A DNA stretch of 32,000 bases from Mucisphaera calidilacus (GTDB taxonomy: Bacteria > Planctomycetota > Phycisphaerae > Phycisphaerales > Phycisphaeraceae). A program made the position numbers and the translations under genes. Location: positions 1,350,001 to 1,382,000 of the forward strand of contig NZ_CP036280.1 in assembly GCF_007748075.1 (NCBI RefSeq), in the 5' to 3' direction. The notes under the pieces are model-generated. The model had not been told where the DNA came from. It saw only the letters and a program-made list of their open reading frames with translations, and searched no databases. Shown piece after piece: positions 7,857-15,111 of the stretch. Within the stretch, counting starts at the first letter, position 1. Each line of letters starts with the position of its first letter.

Positions 7857-8663
7857 ATGCGCATCATCCGATACCATGCCGACGACGGAACCACCCACGC
7901 CGGCATCGAGACTCAGCCCGGCACCGCTCAACGGCTAGCCGGCGACCCGATCGCCGAAGGTCTGGCCACGACAGGCGACACCGATACCGTGGCACGCCTC
8001 CTCGCACCCGTCGTTCCGCCGACCATCTTCTGCATCGGGCAGAACTACCGGCAGCACGCGCTCGAGACCGGCGCAGCCATCCCCGAGCAACCGGTCATCT
8101 TCATGAAGCCGCCGACCGCGTTGCAGGATCCGAACGGGCCGATCGCCATCCCACGCTGCTGCAGGCGAGGCGACGAGGTTGATTACGAGGTTGAACTCGC
8201 CGTCGTCATCGGCAAGCGATGCCGTGACGTCTCCGAACGCGACGCCCTGAACGTCGTCTTTGGCTACAGCGTTGCCAACGACGTCTCCGCACGACGCTGG
8301 CAGAAGCACGCTGGCGGCGGGCAGTGGATCCGCGGCAAGTCCTTCGACACCTTCTGCCCTCTTGGCCCCGCCATCATCACCGCCGACGCGTTGCCCGATC
8401 CTCAGGACCTGCAACTCACGACCACGATCCATGGCGAAACGCTCCAGGACAGCAACACCGCCGACATGATCTTCACGGTCGCTGAACTGATCGCTTTCCT
8501 CTCCCTCGACACCACCCTCGAGCCCGGGACGGTCATCCTCACCGGCACGCCTCAGGGCGTCGGTGTCGCGCGTGACCCCAAGCGTTTTCTCCAGCCGGGT
8601 GACTCCGTCACCGTTGCCATTGATGGGATCGGCGAACTCACCAACCCGGTCGTCGCAGGTTGA
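7857..8663 (+). CDS. Fumarylacetoacetate hydrolase (FAH) family protein
   Basis: IFCIGQNYRQHA, DYEVELAVVIGK, GKSFDTFCPLGP and ILTGTPQGVG. The ATG at 7857 is preceded by GGAG. The upstream part of the ORF-track frame from 7755 has no family-like sequence. Confidence 0.88.
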   Translation: MRIIRYHADDGTTHAGIETQPGTAQRLAGDPIAEGLATTGDTDTVARLLAPVVPPTIFCIGQNYRQHALETGAAIPEQPVIFMKPPTALQDPNGPIAIPRCCRRGDEVDYEVELAVVIGKRCRDVSERDALNVVFGYSVANDVSARRWQKHAGGGQWIRGKSFDTFCPLGPAIITADALPDPQDLQLTTTIHGETLQDSNTADMIFTVAELIAFLSLDTTLEPGTVILTGTPQGVGVARDPKRFLQPGDSVTVAIDGIGELTNPVVAG

Positions 8664-9203
8664 TCAGGGTCTGGAGACCTGGCTCAGTAACACGTCGCCC
8701 GAGCCCGCATCGACGGTCACAGTCACTCGGTAGCCGTTGAGGTCGAGGGTGATCGAAGCGTCGGTGGTGCGATCGGTTTCGCCGTAGACCCCGAAGGCCA
8801 GTTCGCGATCGACATCAAGGTTGTGATCGACGATGCGCGTCCCGGCGAGTTGGCCGGCACGGCCGCTGCCGAATCGAACCACGTAGGGATTCTTGGTGAT
8901 CGTGTCGGTGATCGGCACCGAGCCATCCCCAAACGTGATCTGGTATCCTAGGCCGTCCGCATCCAGCACCACCCGACGCGGATCGTCGGCGTGCACGATT
9001 GATTCAGTTCTCGCCACGTCGAGATCCGCCGCCATCAGTCGCGATGCGTCACGCACACGCGAGGCATCGGTCCCGTTGAGCATCGGTGCCGCCATCCCCA
9101 TCACAACCCCGATGATCGCCAGAACCAGCAGAAGCTCTACAAGCGTAAAAGCCGTCACAGACGGACCGCTGCGTGCCCGGGCTTGGCGAATCGATCGAAG
9201 CAT
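8664..9203 (-). CDS. GspH/FimT-like minor pseudopilin (prepilin-type N-terminal domain)
   Basis: Leader MLRSIRQARARSGPSVTA followed by FTLVELLLVLAIIGVVMGMAAP. The body (ASRLMAADLDVARTESI...) resembles the GspH/FimT family. I chose the ATG at 9203 over the ORF-track start at 9326. Confidence 0.75.
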   Translation of the reverse strand: MLRSIRQARARSGPSVTAFTLVELLLVLAIIGVVMGMAAPMLNGTDASRVRDASRLMAADLDVARTESIVHADDPRRVVLDADGLGYQITFGDGSVPITDTITKNPYVVRFGSGRAGQLAGTRIVDHNLDVDRELAFGVYGETDRTTDASITLDLNGYRVTVTVDAGSGDVLLSQVSRP

Positions 9204-9324
9204 GTCCGCGATATCGACCTGTCGCGGGGCCCGAATGACCGCATGGCGTGAACCGCGGGGGCATCCGGGCCGATGAAAGCGGTACAGCCAGACCTTGACA
9301 TTCTCAAGGTCACCAGGAGGGCAC

Positions 9325-9816
9325 ATGGCTCGGTCTCGACGAACCGGTTTTACGCTGCTCGAAGTCCTCGTGGCGATGTCGATCCTCGCCGCGCTGAGTC
9401 TTGCGCTGACCCAGGCGATGGCCGCCGGTCACATGCAGACCTATGCCGCACTCGAACAGGCACGAGCGATCACGCTTGTTGAATCGATGCATGAGGAGAT
9501 CGCGGCTCAGCCGTTTCCGAGTAATCCGCTGGCTGTCCTTCCTCTGCCCGCAATCCGCTCGCTGATCACCGATCTGAAGGCGTACGACAACCTCACCGAG
9601 ATCCCCGGCGCACTCGCCGACCACCACGGCAACCTGCTGCCCGAGACCTATCAGGGCTTCACGCGCAGTGTGCTCATCGCCGAGAACGCCACCTGCACGA
9701 TCAATGACCTAGGCGTGACGCTGACAGGCATCGAGGTGACGGTCACGGTTGCGCTGCCCAACGGGCAATCGTGGTCGACGACCCGTTTCATCCCCAATCC
9801 AACCGGAGCGCTCTGA
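9325..9816 (+). CDS. Prepilin-type minor pseudopilin (GspI-like by position and size)
   Basis: MARSRRTG/FTLLEVLVAMSILAAL class III signal with Glu at +5. AGGAGG at 9315-9320 precedes the ATG at 9325. Confidence 0.75.
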   Translation: MARSRRTGFTLLEVLVAMSILAALSLALTQAMAAGHMQTYAALEQARAITLVESMHEEIAAQPFPSNPLAVLPLPAIRSLITDLKAYDNLTEIPGALADHHGNLLPETYQGFTRSVLIAENATCTINDLGVTLTGIEVTVTVALPNGQSWSTTRFIPNPTGAL

Positions 9817-10391
9817 TGCACGCGCGGCGTGGCCTGACGCTTCTTGAACTGCTGATCGCGGTTTCCTCGACCGCCGTGATCGCGCTGGCCGGCGCCGCGA
9901 TGCTCTCGGCGCTCGGCTACGCGGCCTCTGAGCAGAGAGACCTCCGCGCCGTCGTGGGCAAGTCGCTGGCCGTGGGGGCACGCGTGGGTGCCGAGATTCG
10001 TGAGGCGCACGCCATCCTCGCCGCTGAGAACAACCTGCTCATTCTCTGGCAGGGCGACTGGAACGACGACCAGCAAGTCGATCTGTCCGAGATCATCCGG
10101 CTCGACGTGGACGCCGTTGATCAGACTCTCAAGGCCTACACGATCGGCACGGGATCTAACGACGTTGCCTATGCGCTCACAGCCGACTTCGCCGCTGAGA
10201 CACAGGCTCGAATCGATGCCGGCGACATGGCCGGGTTGAATTGGTCGCGTGACGTTGCAGCGGCTGTGTTCACCCCCAACAACGCAAACCCGCAGCAGGC
10301 CCGTCTTGTCACGGTCTGGATTACCTTCAACGCAGGCAGCCTGAACGAGGTCTACGCCTCGGCCGTTGCCCTCCGGGACGGGGGCGTCTGA
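9816..10391 (+). CDS. Prepilin-type minor pseudopilin (GspJ-like by position and size)
   Basis: MHARRG/LTLLELLIAVSSTAVIALAG with Glu at +5. The ATG overlaps the upstream stop (TGATG at 9814-9818), with GGAG 7 nt upstream. Confidence 0.75.
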   Translation: MHARRGLTLLELLIAVSSTAVIALAGAAMLSALGYAASEQRDLRAVVGKSLAVGARVGAEIREAHAILAAENNLLILWQGDWNDDQQVDLSEIIRLDVDAVDQTLKAYTIGTGSNDVAYALTADFAAETQARIDAGDMAGLNWSRDVAAAVFTPNNANPQQARLVTVWITFNAGSLNEVYASAVALRDGGV

Positions 10392-13300
10392 TGCGTCGAG
10401 GTGTGGCCCTGCTCCTGGTTCTTGTCCTTCTGGCTGTCGGCAGTTCGATGGCACTCAGCTTCATTGCCGCGCAGAGCACCACGCTGGCCATCAGCCAGAA
10501 CCTCCAGCGGAAGGCGCAGGCCAGAGCCAACGCGGAGCTGCTGTTGTTCGCCGTATCCCGCTATCTCGAAGCGCAGACCGACTGGCGCACAGCCCTTACC
10601 GAGGGGGATCTCATCACGAGCCACAACGGTGTCAGCCTGACTCTGGCTGACGGGCTGGATACCGACGATGACGGCACGGTTGAGTCGGACGGCGACCTCA
10701 ACGACGACCTCGCCGATCCCGTCACGCTGACCGCGACCGCCTTTTTCGACGGCGTGGAGCACACCGTTTCACGAGCCTTCTGGCCAGCGGTGGGTGGTGG
10801 CGGCCCGGCCATACTCATGATCGTTGGCGACGACTCCAGTCTCACCGCGCAGGAATCACTCCGGCACAACTTCCTCTACAACCACGGCTACAACGTCCTG
10901 CTTCTGAACGCCTCGGCCAGCACCACCGACTACAACAACGCCATTAGTGAGGCTGAGGCCGTCTACGTGCCCGCGACCGCTCACACGCCCTCCGTCGGCA
11001 ATCGACTCGACGACTGCCTGATCGGGATCGTCAGCGAGGCCTCGGGGTACACCGACAACCTGGGGCTCGCGTCGAGTGACAGTGTCACCTCGAGCGGAAC
11101 GACTATCACCATTACCGATGCGAGCCATCCCATCCTCGGCGGTTACAGCACCGGGCCGTTGCAGATCACCGGCAGTTCGGCGTCGCTGGTGCGGCACGCG
11201 AGTACGAGCGGGTCTGATGCGGCATCGCTGGCGAGTCTTGGCGCACAAACAGCATTGTTGGCTCTTGAGACCGCCGGGATTCGTGCCGACAGTTCGGTCA
11301 GCCCGGCACGGCGTGTTGCGCTGCCATGGGGTGCTGCTTCCTTTGATTTCGCGGAGCTGAATGCCGACGGCAGGACAATCCTGACGCAGTCCATCGACTG
11401 GGTCGCTTCGGGTGCTTCCCGTATCGGCAACGCTCGTCTTCTGGCGTTCTACAACTTCATTCAGGGTGATCCCATCCCGCCCCAACTCCTCGCGCACTGG
11501 TCGATGGACGACACGCCGCCTGCCACGACCGAGGTGGGCTTCGGTGTCCTTGCCCGCGACAGCATCAAGCTCTGGAATGGCAGCTCGGTTGACAGCTATC
11601 AATCTACGCTCGGTTCTTATGGCGGCAGCAACATCGGCGCTCAGGCCAATCTCGCGACCAACACGACCGAGAATAACAAGGTCGAGGTCTCCGGGGGGAC
11701 GATCAACGGCAACCTGTCGATCGGTCTCGGTGGAACCATCAACAACGTGGTCAAGCTCTACAACGGCGCGGCTGTCACAGGCACGACAGAGATTCTGCTG
11801 TCAAACAACGAGGTGGCGCCCCCCGCCGACCACGCGGGGATGCCCGGTCATACCGGCAACCGCACCGACAACGGCGGCAACGTCTCCCTCGGCACCGATG
11901 GGCATGCCACGGACTACCATTTCAACCAGTGGGTCATCAACAACGGCACTCAGGTCACGATTCATGGCGACGTGCGCATACAGCTCAACAACAAGCTGGA
12001 TCTCAACGATGGTGACATCATCCTCGCCCCCGATGCCACGCTTCATCTCGCGGCGAGGCACAACATCACCGTCAACAATGGCAGCAGCATCAACGCCGAC
12101 AGCGCGCGCACCGGGGCATTTGTCCTCGATATCACGACGTCCAACCGAAGTCTCACCCTCAATGGTGGCGTGGTCGCTGGAACGCTCCGGGTCGGCGGAG
12201 ACATCACGCTCAACAACAACGCTGCCGTTTACGGCAAGCTGAGCACCAATGACGACCTCATCGTCAACAACGGCAGTATTCATATCGATCTGGATCGTGT
12301 CAGTGACATCGTGACCTACCCGCCGTTCGACGTCGCCGACGAGCGTGCTAGCCGTGACGGGCGCACCTCGGGTGTCGTTCTCGCCGAGCAACCGGGGTTC
12401 GACACGGATTCGACCTCCCTCGCCCTCGACGGCTCCACGGGTGTTGTCGAGGTGCCCCACGACAATGCCTTCATGATCGATCGCGGCGCCATCTCCCTCT
12501 GGTTCCGTGCGGAGAATCTCTCGGGCAAGCAGGGGCTGCTGACCAAGGATTCGAAGGACCGCGACAACGGCGGTCACCTGTCGATCTACACCGACGGATC
12601 GAGGGTCAAGGCAACCATCGAGAGCCGCAACAGCACGTACAACCTCCAGAGCGGCAACAACCTCTCGCCCAGTACGTGGCACCACGTCACGTTTGTCTTT
12701 GGATCGGGCGGGGCACAACTCTATCTCGATGGCAACCTTGTCGATACCGACCTTCACAACGGCGGTATCGGAAGCAGTTCAGGCGGGACGGGTAACGAGG
12801 AACCCTGGCTGATCGGTGCCATGCAGGAACTCACCGGTAACCGAACCACCAGCGGCTGGAACCATCCGTTCGAGGGACGTATCGACGACATCCGGGTCTA
12901 CCGAACACGTCTCAGCCCGACGCAGATCGCGGACATCTTGAGCGGCAACGAGCCGGCAGCCGAGGCCGATCCGACACTCGTCGAGGACCGATCCGGCTAC
13001 GGCATCCCTGCGCACCTGTACATCAAGGACCCCGATCGGGTCAGCTGGTTGCCCGACGGAGGTGTTGAGATCCACAACAACACATCCATCGAATCGCCCT
13101 CGATGATCAGCAAGGTCTCTCAGGCCGTGACCGCGGCGGGGCAGTTCTCATTGGTCATCGATTACGAGCCGGGTGTTCTGAATCAGGGGTCCGATCAGGA
13201 CATCCTCAGCTACCAGTCTTTTGCCGGCGCGAGCAATCAGGAGAACATCGAGATCGAGCAACGCCGCGATCGCTACAACGTCAAGACCAAACGGGCGAGC

Positions 13301-13639
13301 GGATACCGGCAGGTGCTGACTTCGAGCATCGTGAATGGTGCCAGGCAGGTCCTCGTCGTCACCCACGACGGGACCAACCTGAAATTCTACGTGGATGGCA
13401 CTCTCGAATTCACCACCTCAGCCGGTGGCGCACCGGTCTGGTACGACCAAGGCGGCATCGGTCTTGGGGCCGAGGCGTATAAGTACAACGAACCCTTCCG
13501 GGGCAAGCTATTCCGTGTCGCCTTTTATGACGGTGCCCTGAGCGAGCAGGAGATCATCGGCAACTACACCACCCAGACCAGCGAAGCCGGGCTGGGTCCC
13601 CCGCGTCCTGCGCGTTGGGACTGGAATGAACGCAACTAA
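10391..13639 (+). CDS. Giant GspK-like (no Glu5) pseudopilin fused to an alpha/beta module, a beta-helix repeat region and two LamG/concanavalin-A-like domains
   Basis: MRRG/VALLLVLVLLAVGSS N-terminus. Acidic DTDDDG..SDGDLNDD run. PAILMIVGDD...ITDASHPILGG module. Asn/Gly-rich beta-helix-type repeats. LamG hallmarks: ISLWFRAENLSGKQGLL...WHHVTFVF...LYLDGNLV...FEGRIDDIRVYRTRLS, and a second copy QVLVVTHDGTNLKFYVDGTL...FRGKLFRVAFYDGALS. The ATG overlaps the upstream stop (TGATG at 10389-10393). Confidence 0.8.
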   Translation: MRRGVALLLVLVLLAVGSSMALSFIAAQSTTLAISQNLQRKAQARANAELLLFAVSRYLEAQTDWRTALTEGDLITSHNGVSLTLADGLDTDDDGTVESDGDLNDDLADPVTLTATAFFDGVEHTVSRAFWPAVGGGGPAILMIVGDDSSLTAQESLRHNFLYNHGYNVLLLNASASTTDYNNAISEAEAVYVPATAHTPSVGNRLDDCLIGIVSEASGYTDNLGLASSDSVTSSGTTITITDASHPILGGYSTGPLQITGSSASLVRHASTSGSDAASLASLGAQTALLALETAGIRADSSVSPARRVALPWGAASFDFAELNADGRTILTQSIDWVASGASRIGNARLLAFYNFIQGDPIPPQLLAHWSMDDTPPATTEVGFGVLARDSIKLWNGSSVDSYQSTLGSYGGSNIGAQANLATNTTENNKVEVSGGTINGNLSIGLGGTINNVVKLYNGAAVTGTTEILLSNNEVAPPADHAGMPGHTGNRTDNGGNVSLGTDGHATDYHFNQWVINNGTQVTIHGDVRIQLNNKLDLNDGDIILAPDATLHLAARHNITVNNGSSINADSARTGAFVLDITTSNRSLTLNGGVVAGTLRVGGDITLNNNAAVYGKLSTNDDLIVNNGSIHIDLDRVSDIVTYPPFDVADERASRDGRTSGVVLAEQPGFDTDSTSLALDGSTGVVEVPHDNAFMIDRGAISLWFRAENLSGKQGLLTKDSKDRDNGGHLSIYTDGSRVKATIESRNSTYNLQSGNNLSPSTWHHVTFVFGSGGAQLYLDGNLVDTDLHNGGIGSSSGGTGNEEPWLIGAMQELTGNRTTSGWNHPFEGRIDDIRVYRTRLSPTQIADILSGNEPAAEADPTLVEDRSGYGIPAHLYIKDPDRVSWLPDGGVEIHNNTSIESPSMISKVSQAVTAAGQFSLVIDYEPGVLNQGSDQDILSYQSFAGASNQENIEIEQRRDRYNVKTKRASGYRQVLTSSIVNGARQVLVVTHDGTNLKFYVDGTLEFTTSAGGAPVWYDQGGIGLGAEAYKYNEPFRGKLFRVAFYDGALSEQEIIGNYTTQTSEAGLGPPRPARWDWNERN

Positions 13640-13651
13640 CCCTGTGGGTGC

Positions 13652-14104
13652 TTACAGGCCGTAAACCCACTCGTCCTTGGTGCGGTCGGTTGTGTCGAAG
13701 TTGCCGTCGGGGAACCAGAGGTTGAGTTCTCGCTCGGCAGACTCGGGTGAGTCGGAACCGTGGACAAGGTTGTTGCTGCCCGACATGCCCAGATCGCCTC
13801 GGATCGTGCCCGGCTCGGCCATCTGAGAGTTGGTGGCGCCGATCAGCTTGCGGCAGACCATGATCGCGTTCTGGCCTCGAACGGCCAGCACGATCACCGG
13901 CGAACTGGTCACGAAGCGAATGAGCCCATCAAAAAACGGTTTACCCTTGTGTTCCTCGTAGTGCTTTTCAGCCTGTTCCTTTGAGATGAGCATCATGTTC
14001 ATGGCCACGATGGTCAGGCCTTTACGCTCAAAGCGATGGAGAATGTCGCCACAAAGGCCACGCTGAACGGCATCCGGCTTGAGAATAATCAGGGTCGTTT
14101 CCAC
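13652..14104 (-). CDS. ndk: Nucleoside-diphosphate kinase
   Basis: TLIILKPDAVQRGL, FFDGLIRFVTSSPV and the NLVHGSDS active-site His motif. GTG start preceded by AAGGAG at 7-nt spacing. Confidence 0.95.
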   Translation of the reverse strand: METTLIILKPDAVQRGLCGDILHRFERKGLTIVAMNMMLISKEQAEKHYEEHKGKPFFDGLIRFVTSSPVIVLAVRGQNAIMVCRKLIGATNSQMAEPGTIRGDLGMSGSNNLVHGSDSPESAERELNLWFPDGNFDTTDRTKDEWVYGL

Positions 14105-14160
14105 TTCAAGGCTCCTTCGTTTCTTCGCTGTTCTCTGTTCTGGTCGGGTGTTATCTCCCA

Positions 14161-14298
14161 GTCGCTCCGAATCTGCAAATCCGAGGCAGGTTCACGTCAG
14201 ATAACGCGTACCAAGGGGGAGGGTCAGTTAAGTGGGGCAATGAATCACCCGACGTCAGGGATGGCTGTGTCGACTGTAGGGAACCTCGCCGCGAGACC
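14161..14298 (+). promoter_or_regulatory. Candidate structured 5' leader with partial resemblance to the ydaO (c-di-AMP) riboswitch class
   Basis: In order: CCGAATC (14167-14173) running into hairpin CTGC-N9-GCAG (14173-14189), GGGGGA (14215-14220), GGGGCAATGAATC (14234-14246), AGGGAT (14258-14263) and AACCTCG (14282-14288). These echo the conserved single-stranded blocks of ydaO as I remember them. The CAGCTAAC block and a clean P1 stem are not evident. Unverified. Confidence 0.3.
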
Positions 14299-14390
14299 TG
14301 AGACCCATGACGTCCGAAAATACACCTGAATCATGTTCCGGTGATACAATGCCCTGTCCCCCGCAGCGGGGAAGCAGGGAAGAAACCGTC

Positions 14391-15032
14391 ATGAATCCCA
14401 TCAGTCAAAGCACGACACCATCCGATGCGGCCAAGCTTCGCAGGCTTCGCCGCCGGGTACGTCGTACCTGGCAGGCAGTAGGTTTGCTGATCGCTCTTGC
14501 GGCCGGAACCGGACTGGGCGGTCTTCTGGGTGTCTTCAATCGCACCAGTACTGATTCCTCCAGCCTGCCGCTACTCTCGATCGACCGCCTGCAGATCACG
14601 CAGAATCATGATGCTGGCGAGCGTGATGAGCCCGAAGTTCTGGAGATCATCCCCGTCGATTCAGGTGCGTTGACCACCCGATTCGGAGGCGAAGAACTCG
14701 CCCTGCTGGGGGAGGTCGAGATGACCGTTACCGCCTACAGCCCGGATGAGCGTTCCTGCGGCCCCTGGAATGACGGTTTTACGGCGTCCGGCTACAGCGT
14801 CTGGACCAACGGGATGCGTCTGGTCGCAGCCGACACACGGCTCCTGCCTTTTGGCACTGTCTTGACGATTCCCGGATACAACGACGGCCAACCCGTGCAA
14901 GTACTCGACCGAGGCGGCGCCATCAAAGGGCACCGCCTGGACGTGCTCTTCGCGACGCACGAGGCCGCCCGAGCATGGGGCGTCCGAAAGATCAAGATTG
15001 GCGTCTGGGGACCGACTAAGCAGAATCCCTGA
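14391..15032 (+). CDS. Membrane-anchored 3D-domain protein (MltA/YabE-like cell-wall-lytic domain)
   Basis: One N-terminal TM segment (WQAVGLLIALAAGTGLGGLLGVF). C-terminal TVTAYSP...VAADTRLLPFGTVLTIPGYNDGQPVQVLDRGGAIKGHRLDVLF matches the 3D-domain pattern. An alternative in-frame ATG lies at 14307. Confidence 0.75.
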   Translation: MNPISQSTTPSDAAKLRRLRRRVRRTWQAVGLLIALAAGTGLGGLLGVFNRTSTDSSSLPLLSIDRLQITQNHDAGERDEPEVLEIIPVDSGALTTRFGGEELALLGEVEMTVTAYSPDERSCGPWNDGFTASGYSVWTNGMRLVAADTRLLPFGTVLTIPGYNDGQPVQVLDRGGAIKGHRLDVLFATHEAARAWGVRKIKIGVWGPTKQNP

Positions 15033-15059
15033 TTCGGTCACATTCGGCCTTCTAACCGG

Positions 15060-15087
15060 TTGACGCGGCACCACGCGGTCCTATGAT
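15060..15087 (+). promoter_or_regulatory. Candidate sigma70-type promoter for the efflux operon
   Basis: TTGACG (15060-15065), a 16-nt spacer, then TATGAT (15082-15087), about 20-45 nt upstream of the possible MFP starts. Confidence 0.35.
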
Positions 15088-15097
15088 CGGCGGATAA

Positions 15098-15111
15098 ACG
15101 CTTTCAAGCGT
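15098..15111. promoter_or_regulatory. Perfect 6-2-6 palindrome ACGCTT-TC-AAGCGT (operator or 5' mRNA hairpin candidate)
   Basis: Read directly from the sequence. It sits just downstream of the candidate -10 box and overlaps the GTG at 15110. Confidence 0.3.

Noticed and set aside
10391-13639. Idea that the LamG-bearing giant protein is a target of a diversity-generating retroelement
   Set aside because: There is no reverse transcriptase gene in the window. I also found no nucleotide-level template repeat matching the 3' end of the gene in the flanking DNA.
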